Positions 51,001 through 64,000 of a DNA stretch of 64,000 nucleotides are shown here, one piece after another. The stretch is from the NCBI GenBank assembly GCA_040954595.2, contig CM082581.2, positions 2,658,699 through 2,722,698 on the forward strand, in the 5' to 3' direction. This stretch comes from Balanoglossus misakiensis. Lineage: Eukaryota > Animalia > Hemichordata. Position numbers and translations under genes: made by a program. Each line of letters starts with the position of its first letter. The first letter of the stretch is position 1. The notes beneath the pieces are model-generated. The model saw only the letters and a program-made list of their open reading frames with translations, did no database searches and had not been told where the DNA came from.

Positions 51001-54000
51001 ATTAATTTTGAGTGTTTGGTGGGGTCAACCTTTGCGTCAACATTAACCAGGCCAGACAGTAACCAGGCCAGAGTGGACAGTATGCTGCCCATTAATTTTG
51101 AGTGTTTGGTGGGCTCAACCTTTGCGTCAACATTAACCAGAGCACACAGTAACCATGCCAGAGTGGACAGTATGCTGGCCATTAATTTTGAGTGTTTGGT
51201 GGGCTCAACCTTTGCGTCAACATTAACCAGAGCACACAGTAACCATGCCAGAGTGGACAGTATGCTGGCCATTAATTTTGAGTGTTTGGTGGGCTCAACC
51301 TTTGCGTCAACATTAACCAGAGCACACAGTAACCATGCCAGAGTGGACAGTATGCTGGCCATTAATTTTGAGTGTTTGGTGGGGTCAACCTTTGCGTCAA
51401 CATTAACCAGAGCACACAGTAACCAGGCCAAAGTGGACAGTATGCTGCCCATTAATTTTGAGTGTTTGGTGGGCTCAACCTTTTCGTCAACATTAACCAG
51501 AGCACACAGTAACCAGGCCAGAGTGGACAGTATGCTGCCCATTAATTTTGAGTGTTTGGTGGGGTCAACCTTTGCGTCAACATTAACCAGAGCACACAGT
51601 AACCAGGCCAGAGTGGACAGTATGCTGCCCATTTATTTTGAGTGTTTGGTGGGCTCAACCTTTGCGTCAACATTAACCAGAGCACACAGTAACCAGACCA
51701 GAGTGGACAGTATGCTGGCCATTAATTTTGAGTGTTTGGTGGGGTCAACCTTTGCGTCAACATTAACCAGAGCACACAGTAACCAGACCAGAGTGGACAG
51801 TATCCTGCCCATTAATTTTGAGTGTATGGTGGGGTCAACCTTTGCGTCAACATTAACCAGAGCACACAGTAACCAGGCCAGAGTGGACAGTATGCTGGCC
51901 ATTAATTTTGAGTGTTTGGTGGGGTCAACCTTTGCGTCAACATTAACCAGAGCACACAGTAACCAGGCCAGAGTGGACAGTATGCTGCCCATTTATTTTG
52001 AGTGTTTGGTGGGCTCAACCTTTGCGTCAACATTAACCAGAGCACACAGTAACCAGACCAGAGTGGACAGTATGCTGGCCATTAATTTTGAGTGTTTGGT
52101 GGGCTCAACCTTTGCGTCAACATTAACCAGAGCACACAGTAACCAGACCAGAGTGGACAGTATGCTGGCCATTAATTTTGAGTGTTTGGTGGGCTCAACC
52201 TTTGCGTCAACATTAACCAGAGCGCACAGTAACCAGACCAGAGTGGACAGTATGCTGGCCATTAATTTTGAGTGTTTGGTGGGCTCAACCTTTTCGTCAA
52301 CATTAACCAGAGCACACAGTAACCAGACCAGAGTGGACAGTATGCTGGCCATTAATTTTGAGTGTTTGGTGGGGTCAACCTTTGCGTCAACATTAACCAG
52401 AGCACACAGTAACCAGGCCAGAGTGGACAGTATGCTGCCCATTTATTTTGAGTGTTTGGTGGGCTCAACCTTTGCGTCAACATTAACCAGAGCACACAGT
52501 AACCAGACCAGAGTGGACAGTATGCTGGCCATTAATTTTGAGTGTTTGGTGGGCTCAACCCTTGCATCAACATTAACCAGAGCACACAGTAACCAGACCA
52601 GAGTGGACAGTATGCTGGCCATTAATTTTGAGTGTTTGGTGGGGTCAACCTTTGCGTCAACATTAACCAGGCCAGACAGTAACCAGGCCAAAGTGGACAG
52701 TATGCTGCCCATTAATTTTGAGTGTTTGGTGGGGTCAACCTTTGCGTCAACATTAACCAGAGCACACAGTAACCAGACCAGAGTGGACAGTATGCTGGCC
52801 ATTAATTTTGAGTGTTTGGTGGGCTCAACCCTTGCATCAACATTAACCAGGCCACACAGTAACCAGACCAGAGTGGCCAGTATGCTGGCCATTAATTTTG
52901 AGTGTTTGGTGGGGTCAACCTTTGCGTCAACATTAACCAGGCCAGACAGTAACCAGGCCAAAGTGGACAGTATGCTGCCCATTAATTTTGAGTGTTTGGT
53001 GGGGTCAACCTTTGCGTCAACATTAACCAGGCCAGAAAGTAACCAGGCCAGAGTGGACAGTATTCTGCCCTTTAATTGTGAGTGTTTGGTGGGGTCAACC
53101 TTTGCGTCAACATTAACCAGAGCACACAGTAACCAGCCCAGAGTGGACAGTATGCTGCCCATTAATTTTAAGTGATTGGTGGGGTCAACCTTTGCGTCAA
53201 CATTAACCAGAGCACACAGTAACCAGACCAGAGTGGACAGTATGCTGGCCATTAATTTTGAGTGTTTGGTGGGGTCAACCTTTGCGTCAACATTAACCAG
53301 GCCAGACAGTAACCAGGCCAGAGTGGACAGTATTCTGCCCTTTAATTTTGAGTGTTTGGTGGGGTCAACCTTTGCGTCAACATTAACCAGAGCACACAGT
53401 AACCAGGCCAGAGTGGACAGTATGCTGCCCATTAATTTTGAGTGTTTGGTGGGGTCAACCTTTGCGTCAACATTAACCAGAGCACACAGTAACCAGACCA
53501 GAGTGGACAGTATGCTGGCCATTAATTTTGAGTGTTTGGTGGGGTCAACCTTTGCGTCAACATTAACCAGAGCACACAGTAACCAGACCAGAGTGGACAG
53601 TATGCTGGCCATTAATTTTGAGTGTTTGGTGGGGTCAACCTTTGCGTCAACATTAACCAGGCCAGACAGTAACCAGGCCAGAGTGGACAGTATTCTGCCC
53701 TTTAATTTTGAGTGTTTGGTGGGGTCAACCTGTGCGTCAACATTAACCAGAGCACACAGTAACCAGGCCAGAGTGGACAGTATGCTGCCCATTAATTTTG
53801 AGTGTTTGGTGGGGTCAACCTTTGCGTCAACATTAACCAGGCCAGACAGTAACCAGGCCAGAGTGGACAGTATGCTGCCCATTAATTTTGAGTGTTTGGT
53901 GGGGTCAACCTGTGCGTCAACATTAACCAGAGCACACAGTAACCAGCCCAGAGTGGACAGTATGCTGCCCATTAATTTTAAGTGATTGGTGGGGTCAACC

Positions 54001-55077
54001 TTTGCGTCAACATTAACCAGGCCAGACAGTAACCAGGCCAAAGTGGACAGTATGCTGCCCATTAATTTTGAGTGTTTGGTGGGGTCAACCTGTGCGTCAA
54101 CATTAACCAGAGCACACAGTAACCAGCCCAGAGTGGACAGTATGCTGCCCATTAATTTTGAGTGTTTGGTGGGGTCAACCTTTGCGTCAACATTAACCAG
54201 GCCAGACAGTAACCAGGCCAAAGTGGACAGTATGCTGCCCATTAATTTTGAGTGTTTGGTGGGGTCAACCTGTGCGTCAACATTAACCAGAGCACACAGT
54301 AACCAGACCAGAGTGGACAGTATGCTGCCCATTAATTTTAAGTGATTGGTGGGGTCAACCTTTGCGTCAACATTAACCAGAGCACACAGTAACCAGACCA
54401 GAGTGGACAGTATGCTGGCCATTAATTTTGAGTGTTTGGTGGGGTCAACCTTTGCGTCAACATTAACCAGGCCAGACAGTAACCAGGCCAGAGTGGACAG
54501 TATTCTGCCCTTTAATTTTGAGTGTTTGGTGGGGTCAACCTGTGCGTCAACATTAACCAGAGCACACAGTAACCAGGCCAGAGTGGACAGTATGCTGCCC
54601 ATTAATTTTGAGTGTTTGGTGGGGTCAACCTTTGCGTCAACATTAACCAGGCCAGACAGTAACCAGGCCAGAGTGGACAGTATGCTGCCCATTAATTTTG
54701 AGTGTTTGGTGGGGTCAACCTTTGCGTCAACATTAACCAGGCCAGACAGTAACCAGGCCAGAGTGGACAGTATGCTGGCCATTAATTTTGAGTGTTTGGT
54801 GGGGTCAACCTTTGCGTCAACATTAACTAGAGCACACAGTAACCAGGCCAGAGTGGACAGTATGCTGGCCATTAATTTTGAGTGTTTGGTGGGGTCAACC
54901 TTTGCGTCAACATTAACCAGAGCACACAGTAACCAGGCCAGAGTGGACAGTATGCTGCCCATTAATTTTGAGTGTTTGGTGGGGTCAACCTTTGCGTCAA
55001 CATTAACCAGAGCACACAGTAACCAGACCAGAGTGGACAGTATCCTGCCTATTAATTTTGAGTGACTTGTGGGTCAA
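48036..55077. repeat. 7-kb satellite of 90-bp monomers (about 78 copies) with a 2340-bp higher-order duplication
   Basis: Exact 90-bp period. Diagnostic variants repeat at +2340 (AAACAGG at 48181/50521, TTTACG at 48241/50581, GTGTATGG at ~49482/51822). Confidence 0.99.
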
Positions 55078-55499
55078 TTTGATCAAATACTGCCTACTGC
55101 TGGCGCTGCCTATTTGAAGAAATGTGAAAAGATGGCAAGACAGGTTTTGGTAAGTGTGGGCCCCCTAACTGAAGCAAAAGCACAAACTGAAAACAAAGAT
55201 ATGAATTTGGAATAGTTTTATTTATTACATATGAAAAATAATGAAGACTTATGCTTCAAAGTAAGTATCGACGGAGTCGAACCGCCAATGCTGCAATGGC
55301 ATTATACCCATAATACTTTTTTTGCTTTTTGCATGAATTTCATTATTTTTCATATGCTGTGCAGCTAAAGTGTGGCTAGATGGCTAACTGCTGATGTAAA
55401 ATATCTTGCATACCAATTTGGAACATTTACCCCAAGTAGTGGTCAAACAGAAACAATGCTTGCATTCAATTTGAAACAAGGTGACAAAAGTGGTCGAAA

Positions 55500-55595
55500 T
55501 GAAACAATGAGCAAAAACAGTGTTTATCAAACTGAAATAATGTGGTCGAAATGAAACAATGAGCAAAAACAGTGTTTATCAAACTGAAATAATGT
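55500..55595. repeat. 52-bp tandem duplication
   Basis: GAAACAATGAGCAAAAACAGTGTTTATCAAACTGAAATAATGTG occurs twice. Confidence 0.85.
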
Positions 55596-56019
55596 GCCAA
55601 AATAGCTCCTGTTGATATTGCACAAAATTAACTGTTGCATTCTACCCTTGAGTTAATTTTTATTTCTAGGCAATTATGTGTTAATACTAATTATTACCTA
55701 TGGGTAAAAACCATCAGTTTCTTAAGTGCAAATCGCAAGAAGCTCCCCCATACAATTTTAGTGTTTTTTTAAATCAAGCAAGATAATTACATTCTGTGTG
55801 ATAAACTAACTAACTTTACGCGCCTGGGGACAGTTAAAAACCTCGAGCCAAATATAAAATGAGGAAAAACTGCCCCCTCCCCCGTTGTGAATTTTAAAAG
55901 TTTGGGGCTCACACTAACCAGAATTGTCTTGCCGACTCCTATTTTTCTGTGTACATTTTGATGTATTGTTGTTACGTGAGATTGAGGTTCGTGTTGATGC
56001 GGGAATTACGATGACGAAA

Positions 56020-56215
56020 GCAAAAAATCCATCGGTGAATCAAACGGGCACACGGCGAAATTCCATTACACGACGAGCGAACTGCGATGAAGAACGCGAA
56101 CGCGGGTAACGTTGTAAAAATCCATCGGCGAATCAAACGGGCACACGGCGAAATTCCATTACACGACGAGCGACCTGCAATGAAGAACGCGAACGCGGGT
56201 AACGCTGCAAAAAAT
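56020..56215. repeat. ~92-bp CpG-rich tandem duplication
   Basis: AAAAATCCATCGG...GGCACACGGCGAAATTCC...GAACGCGGGTAACG occurs twice. Confidence 0.85.
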
Positions 56216-56635
56216 CGGCAGACAAATTACACGAATGCATAGCAAAAATTATTTTACCCAACCTGACACTAATAAATTACCCAATGATTTTAAATTTCTT
56301 ATTATTGCACCCCAATTAATCATCATACCTTTGTAATATTAACACCATTTATACACATCCCATAATGTTTATACCATCAAGTTTATACCATTTTATTATT
56401 ATTATACCACCAAAACCTTGTGTTACCCATTTTTTATTATTACACCATTGATGTTTACACCCTTATATATTATACCGGCATTTACCCTCTGTACATGTAC
56501 AGTTTTTATTTACCACGTGGCATTACCCTTGTTTTTATAGTATTTTAATTACTTATCATACCCTTGAAACCATAATATTATACCCATGCAGACAGTTTTG
56601 TTACAGTACCCTTGTGCACACTGTTTTATTAGTCA

Positions 56636-56815
56636 TCATACACCAACCCTTCCCCATTCCATTACATTATACCATTTTTTATTAGCCTAACCTATTCATA
56701 CACCAACCCTTCACCATTCCGTTAGATTATACCATTTTTTATTACCCTAACATATTCATACACCAACCCTTTACCATTCCCTCAGATTAAACCATTTTTA
56801 TTAACCTAACCTATT
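56636..56815. repeat. 60-bp tandem repeat, 3 copies
   Basis: CATACACCAACCCTT at 56637, 56697 and 56757. Confidence 0.9.
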
Positions 56816-56997
56816 GACAGCATCCCTCTGCTTATGATATTGTTATCTGGCACGGCGTTGTTGTAGATATTGATTAGACTCCCTCCGGCGATGATATTAC
56901 CAATGAACCTATTAAAAAAAAAGAATGAATATTATTAATTAGATCAGATCAACAAATCATGGCGTTGTTCGTCCCTCTGGTCACAGAAGCATCATCT

Positions 56998-57615
56998 GGC
57001 GTCGTTACAAGTTTAAGTTCATCCCTCCAGTACAGTATTAGGTGGCGGCGTCGTTACAAGTATTAAGTTCATCCCTCCAGTACAGTATTAGGTGGCGGCG
57101 TCGTTACAAGTATTAAGTTCATCTCTCCAGTACAGTATTAGGTGGCGGCGTCGTTACAAGTATTAAGTTCATCTCTCCAGTACAGTATTAGGTGGCGGCG
57201 TCGTTACAAGTATTAAGTTCATCCCTCCAGTACAGTATTAGGTGGCGGCGGCGTTACAAGTATTAAGTTCATCCCTCCAGTACAGTATTAGGTGGCGGCG
57301 GCGTTACAAGTATTAAGTTCATCCCTCCAGTACAGTATTAGGTGGCGGCGTCGTTACAAGTATTAAGTTCATCCCTCCAGTACAGTATTAGGTGGCGGCG
57401 TCGTTACAAGTATTAAGTTCATCTCTCCAGTACAGTATTAGGTGGCGGCGTCGTTACAAGTATTAAGTTCATCTCTCCAGTACAGTATTAGGTGGCGGCG
57501 TCGTTACAAGTATTAAGTTCATCTCTCCAGTACAGTATTAGGTGGCGGCGTCGTTACAAGTATTAAGTTCATCTCTCCAGTACAGTAATAGGTGGCGGCG
57601 TCGTTACAAATATTA
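56998..57615. repeat. 50-bp minisatellite, about 12 copies
   Basis: GGCGTCGTTACAAGTATTAAGTTCATCYCTCCAGTACAGTATTAGGTGGC in tandem. Confidence 0.97.
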
Positions 57616-57739
57616 CACTCCCTCTAGCAGCAGTGTTACCAATGAACCTAATGTAAAAAAGAATGAAATTATTTTAAAAAACTGATTAGATCAAGTCATC
57701 ATCATTGATAAAAAAACAATGATAAGAAGAAATCATTTA

Positions 57740-60700
57740 AAAATTAAAGCTGCCAGCACCATTGGTGGGGCCCAAACAGTTCCCATTGTTACCAGGGTTA
57801 GTATGCCAAGGCTGTATTGTGCTGTGAATACTAAGATATAGGAAAGCTGGTCAAAGGTTACCCTGGGGTCACTGAAAATCGCGTCAGGGACACTGTGGTC
57901 TCATTTAGTGATTACACTAAAAGAAGTCTACACAGGAGTACAGACAGACAGACAGACAGACAGACACAGAGAGGCAATAAAATATGACCCCCCCCCCCCC
58001 ACCCCGAAAACATACGTTGTCCTTGATCTTATGTATGCCGGCCGGGTACAATAGACAAACCAGCCAATTAATGAACATTTTGTACAAATACAGAGCTCAA
58101 AGTTGCATTTTAGTGAGCCCAAAAGCAAATTAGCTCAATGTTATGACAATTTTACTTATGCCACTCAAAGTTTGCATCGGTGGGGTGGGATGGCAAGTAG
58201 CCTGTCCTGGTACAATAGACAAACCAGCCAATAAATGATATGTGGTGAAGAATGAAGGGGTGGGTGTGATTAGTACATTTTGTAAAAAAAAGACCTCGGA
58301 ACTGTAATTTTGTGGGGCAAAAAGAATGGGATCCCCCCTTAAAGGTTTAAAAAAGAAGATGACCTCCGTCCCATTTGGATTTTAAAATTTAAAGCCCAAA
58401 GAAGTCGACTCATCAATTCTAGAAAAGTAGACTTTTTTGCTAAAAATGATGAAAAAATGCATAAAAATAGAATATTCAAACTATTTGTTCAAAAAAAATA
58501 TAGGACTGTATGTGGTTGACATAAGGTACTTGCATACCAATTGTCAAATCAATCTGACCAGTGGTTGTCGAGTTTCTGAGTTTTGACCAATTTCAAATTG
58601 TCCCAGCTAATTTGCATTAATTCAAAAAGTTTAACTGAATATGGCTGCCAGGTCAAATAACTGATTTGAATTTCAAGGTGCACACTCGTTGGCAAGGACA
58701 GCTGTGACAAAGTTTAGAAGCCTAGGTGTGGCAGCTTTTCAAAGCCAGGTGTGCAAAAAAAATCCAGGGAATGGGGCCCCAGCTCCTGAAAAAAACAGCA
58801 CAATACCAAAAAGGGACTGATATTACTAACAAAATGTAAGCCTGTAAGAAGTCAAAAGCTGCACATCTTTTTACCACCTTGTGTCAGTACTAAGCAATAA
58901 GACTTTTTATAGAGTTGCTGTTTTAGTGGTCTTTGCAGATGCTAGAGATTAAAAAAGAAGATTTTCAGAAACAATGATAGCTATATCAATTACTGTTTGA
59001 AAAAAATGTGATGTTCACCACCTTGTTTTCAGAAAAGTATTTAAATAAATGTTTTTCCAAAGAGTTAAAACAAAGATTGGCAGCCATCTTGAATTTAAAA
59101 AAACTGCAACAATATCCCATATGCAACAAATATGCAAATTATACTATTTGACAAGGGGTTTCAGAGAAGAGGACTACTCTTCAGACTCAGACATAAAATA
59201 CTAATGCAATATTCAGCAGAATTTAAAAAAAAAATGACTAAGATCACTCAGGGACAATTCACAACAAAGATCGAAACAATTAGACGTACCAATTTTAAAG
59301 ACCATTATGAAAACTTTACAGATTCGGTCATAATGTAAACAAAGAATATCACCCCTGTGGACATGACAATCAGATATGCATATTCTAATATGATTTTTAG
59401 TCCAAATAAAAAGGCAACTGCCCCAAAATACAAAATTGCAGGTTATGTCACAAACCTCATGGAGATACATACTAAATTTCAGAGAAAATTCCCCCCCCCA
59501 AAAAAAAATATGCAAATTTCACCACATTTTGAAGAAACAACTTGCGTCATCCCTAGAAACTTGCATAGTCAAAGAAATCCTACAAGCTTATTTCTTCTTC
59601 CAAAAACAGCAACAACTCGTTTCAAACTACAAATATGCCGAATTCAACACAATTTGAACACGCATTACTTCGCTACCCCCAGAAACCTGCATACCAAATT
59701 TGAAAGCACTTGCACCAGTGATTTCAGAAAAGGAAAAGTGTTGACAGACATAGGATGACTGAACATCTATCTACCTGTCTGATAACATTTGCAGTGCTAA
59801 GAGCAGAGATTGGTGTTGTCTTTTCACATTTTAAATCATCACACTTTGCTTCTCAAAGCTACTATTCTGCTCTGCTTGAGAAATGACTTGGGACCATTTT
59901 TGGCAAACAATAGTCACTAATCTTCCTGAGTTTATAGTACAATGTACCTACACTGTTTTAGTAATGTACTGATTATGTTCAGACTATTTCTTGTGTCTGC
60001 ATATGTCTTTATTACAGAGGAATAATCTATCCGGTTGTCATTTCTCTGTTTACTCAGAAATAAACTAGTCTGGGTTGAAACAGTAGAAATTTTAAAATTG
60101 TCATACCTATTTCTGAAGAGAGTTCAAAACCAATACCTTGGGGAAGCATTATATCAAATTTGCTGGGTAACTGTGGATTTATAACTTTGGCTAATTACAA
60201 TGCTAACTCACACTGGATGATTCGATGGTATTTTTAGATTCAGATCAAAATATAAAGAACAGTACAAAGTGGCAAAATGGGATTGTTTTGTGAAAGCAAG
60301 TGGCTTGCATTGAGAGACAATAGGGTACTATACATAGGCCAAGTTGCTCAAAAAGCATGGAGAAATCACTTTTGATGAATGCATGGATGGGATGCGTTTC
60401 ATTACTGTCAGTATTAATTGTCTTTTTTCGTGGTCCAAGCAATACCTTCTAAATTGAAACCAGTTTTATCACTGCTTTTATCACAGTTTAGTTAACTTGA
60501 AATGAATATGGGTTATATCATTACTCATACCATTGGTGTTGTCTTATCATTTTTCACTGGAGATAGGAAGGCGAGATTGCGACTTACAGCATTAGATTAT
60601 TACGTTTTGAACCCTTCTGTTATGACGGAAATAGTTTCAGCCTATACTATTTAAGATAAGAATCCTTTGGAATCAGTCTGTATTTTCTCGGCAGATTTTT

Positions 60701-63700
60701 ATTGAAAATAATAGTTTTATCGACAGTCACAAGCTGAGTACAACCAGAGTTTTGATCGGCTACCAGCTATTATCAACAAATAGTTTAAAAGATACGATTT
60801 TTGATGGAAAATTGCAAAAATTGCCCCAAGAACACAAATTTCACTAACATTTTACAACATCTTACTTGGGTAACCCCAAGGAACGTTCCAACCAAATTTA
60901 AAAGCAATCTGACGAGGGATTTCAGAGAAAATGATTTTTGAGCAAAATTGGTAAAAATCTCCCAAACTTACAAATAGGCAATTTACAAAAACCACCTTAG
61001 ATCAAATATAGGAAGCTTCATGCTAAATTATAAAGAAATTGGCTATCACTTCCATAAATTGTTTATTTACAAAAAATATGGAAAAGTCCAAACAAGCATA
61101 AAAAATAGAAAATTCATGATATGAGCTCAAAACATGCAGGACTTTGAAGTCGTCATGCATACAAATGTATAAAGCAATTTGCCCAGTAGTTGATGAGTTT
61201 AGACTAATTTAACATTTTTCAAGCTCATTTGCACATTTTTGGCCATGACAACTTAAACAAAATTATATCTACAGAACAGCCTTTACACTCCAAATATTGC
61301 GGCTATAAGTTTTTGTTGTGGATGGACATAGATACAGAAGCAGCTGAATCGCATAAGGTCCCAGTGGTATACACATATATTGAATGGGGCCTACAAAGAT
61401 TGACTAAATTTACAATCAATCTGACAAGTAGTTTCAAACAATTTTTGATGAAAAGTTGCAAAATTTCCCAGAAGTTTCACCAAATTTCACACCAACATTT
61501 TACTTAGGTTTACACCCCTCGCCTGAGTAGGAACACGCCTTCCAAATTTCAAAGCTATCTGACAAAAAGTTTCCGAAAAACGATTTTCGACTCGGAATGG
61601 CAAAAATTGACCAAACATTACAAATATGCAAAACTGGCAACAATTTGCGCCAAACTAACTAAGATCACAAAATGAAGGAAAAAAATCTCCAATGAGTTGA
61701 AATGAGAAATCCATGTACACAAACATTTGTGAAATACTTCCCCTATACCCTTAATACAATTAGGTACCCTATTCAAATAGTCATAATCAACCCACTTCTT
61801 GATCGTGGAGGATAGCACTACATAAAGGTTACCAAGTGGAGAATATTCATCCGACAAGTGATTATTAGAGGTGTGCATAATAAACCAACGGTGGATTGCT
61901 GCCCCAATAAAATTGAGAGGGTGAATTAACTATTTGATTAAAAACAGTAACATATAAACTGGCTATGAAGCATGTATACAACAAGTTGTGGTTACCAGAA
62001 AAAGGTACTTCATGGGGCCGCAAGGGTCTTTAACATAGGGTCCAAGGTCTTCTCCCCCTCCTGCACAGCCTAATGATGACCATTTAAGACAGTCCACCTG
62101 TGAATCAAATATATGTGCATGTTTATAAGTAACCAATCACAAACTTGCATTATGTCATACTAATAAGTCAAAATATGCAGAACATGGTATAATGTAGGGT
62201 CAAGGCTGTGTTGTGACAACGCATAACAATAGAATACTTAGCAGATAAATCTGTGAAACAGCAATTTTGAAACTCCATTTACAACTGACTAAGTAATAGT
62301 ACTGCAGAGTATAGAAGCTCCATATGGGTATACTCTTACATGGCAATCAGGTGACAAATGATATTTATGTGTAAACAACAAAAACATGCACACAGACTTA
62401 ATAACACTGTACCTAAAACATACCCACCCATGGACGGCAAACAAATAATTAAATTCAAGGCGCCTATATACAATTATAGCTATGGGTAATTCTGCCAATT
62501 CTAAATGTGTCCAAACTGAATTCATGTCCAGTTCATTCACCTCATCATAATCACATTACAGGAAATCAATAATGCCCTAAAAAAGCAAATAAAGATGAAC
62601 TCATGCTTACCAGAAAGTAGTCTTAACCAAGCTTCAGCGCACAGGAGAACGAGAAACCCTGGACCAGTTGAAATTGCGACAATCATGGCTTCCATCTGTG
62701 AATGAAATATGCATAGCAGTTAGTAACAAATCATAAACCTGTAGGTCGCAATATATGGGATGTGATATAAGGGAGTGTTGAGAATATACTTCCCCAGGAA
62801 TTGAGGTAGCTGTAGGATTTCCAGGGGGCCATCGATTTTTTTACATGAGAAATTGGGGGGGGGGGGCACATAACACCAGACTTTTAGGGATGGCTATGAA
62901 AAAATAGCGTCAAGGACACTGTGGTCCCATTTGAGGATTACACAGAATTAGTTATAGACAAGAATAAAAATCACATTCGACACTGGCAAGCAGATATGAC
63001 CTAACCATATATAAATATGAAAATGTAAAACAATTAACAAGGACCATGCCCAATAGACTGTCATGTGTCATGGCAGTCTTACAAGTGATGCAAGAAAAAT
63101 TTATGTTTGACCAAAAATTGTGTGTAGAAACACACATGACAAGCAACTTCTTACAGTCAGCCCTTGGACAGACTGACAGACATTCAATAGCTAGTGGTCT
63201 CTGTAATAGCTGGCCTATTAAGTTATGTAAACATGTAGTGTAAACAGTCTCGGGGTACCAATACCTTGTAAACAGTAACTTTCAATGCAACTGGTCATGA
63301 GTTTAGAAGATTTGCTAACCGAAATCAATAATTTGCAAAAAAACTCGCTAAATATTTGTTCAAAAGTGGCAAAAGCACATACAAGCAAATATCACCAAAA
63401 TTGTTCAAAATCCTAACTTCAATCACCACAAGGAACATGCCTGCCAAAAAGGGAATCAATCAAAGCAATCTGACGAGCGGTTTCAGAGGGGAAAAATAAC
63501 AAAAAAATTATCATCAAAATTATAAATATGTAATTTTTTGCAATAATTTGAACAAAACCATGGTTGCTCAGACAACCTATAAGAAGCTTCATACTAAATT
63601 TCAAAGAAGTAGGCTGATCACTTTCAGAAATGAAGATTTTTTACCAATAATGTTGAAAAATTAATATAAACAAATGCATCAAAAATAGAAAATCAATATT

Positions 63701-64000
63701 AGCTCTAAACATACAGGACTGTTTGAGGTAGACATAAGGTACCTGCATACCAATTTCCAAATTAATCTGATTAGTAGTTGGTGAGTTTGAGTTTTGACCC
63801 ATTTCATATTTTTCCACCTAATTTGCATATTTTTTAAAGTCAATGACAACTCCATTTGAAGAAACTCCCTTTTACAGCCCAACATGCATCTACACACCAA
63901 ATATCAAGGTGATACACGCAGCGGTTTTCAAGTTTTTGATGTGGACGGATATACAGACATACATCCATCCATACATACAGACGCAACTGATTCCATTAGG
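57740..64000 (-). mobile_element. Patchwork of old non-autonomous Helentron-type (HINE/DINE-like) fragments
   Basis: Recurrent core motif CATACCAAATTT..AAGCAATCTGAC..GTAGTT at 58530, 59690, 60890, 61540, 63590 and 63745. (ACAG)n and (CATC/CATA)n tracts at 57940 and 63950. The same motif occurs on the opposite strand inside 20881-48037. Boundaries are not resolved. Confidence 0.5.
62611..62695 (-). other. Candidate isolated exon (MEAMIVAISTGPGFLVLLCAEAWLRLLS)
   Basis: TTTCATTCACAG acceptor and G/GTAAGC donor flank an 85-bp hydrophobic open frame. No partner exons were identified. Confidence 0.3.

Noticed and set aside
47830-55065. 1781-aa and other long repeat ORFs as real proteins
   Set aside because: They are translations of a 90-bp satellite. 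Variants introduce stops on both strands, and the ORF start runs through the Helentron 3' terminus.
61618-61878. 86-aa minus-strand ORF
   Set aside because: No motif and no clear splice sites; it is embedded in repeat debris.

Overview
Eukaryotic, repeat-dominated DNA. The repeat types and spliceosomal introns suggest a marine invertebrate; this is inference only. No intact host gene is present. In order, the window holds: a ~530-bp satellite; a decayed tyrosine-recombinase (DIRS/Ngaro-type) retrotransposon; small MITE and L2 fragments; a minus-strand pseudogene for a Thr/Ser-rich single-pass membrane protein; a plus-strand ankyrin gene with one repeat per exon, cut off by the same satellite in inverted orientation; and a 5'-truncated Tx1/L1-type LINE. 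A ~27-kb Helentron (about 20881-48037) follows. It carries a 10.3-kb 30-bp satellite, a broken OTU-Rep-Pif1-endonuclease ORF and a six-exon tandem OB-fold gene that by eye resembles the mammalian HIN-200 (AIM2/IFI16) domain. The window ends with a 7-kb 90-bp satellite, smaller arrays and non-autonomous Helentron-type debris. The two best leads are the HIN-like Helentron cargo gene and the ankyrin exon array whose variation falls on the predicted binding face.
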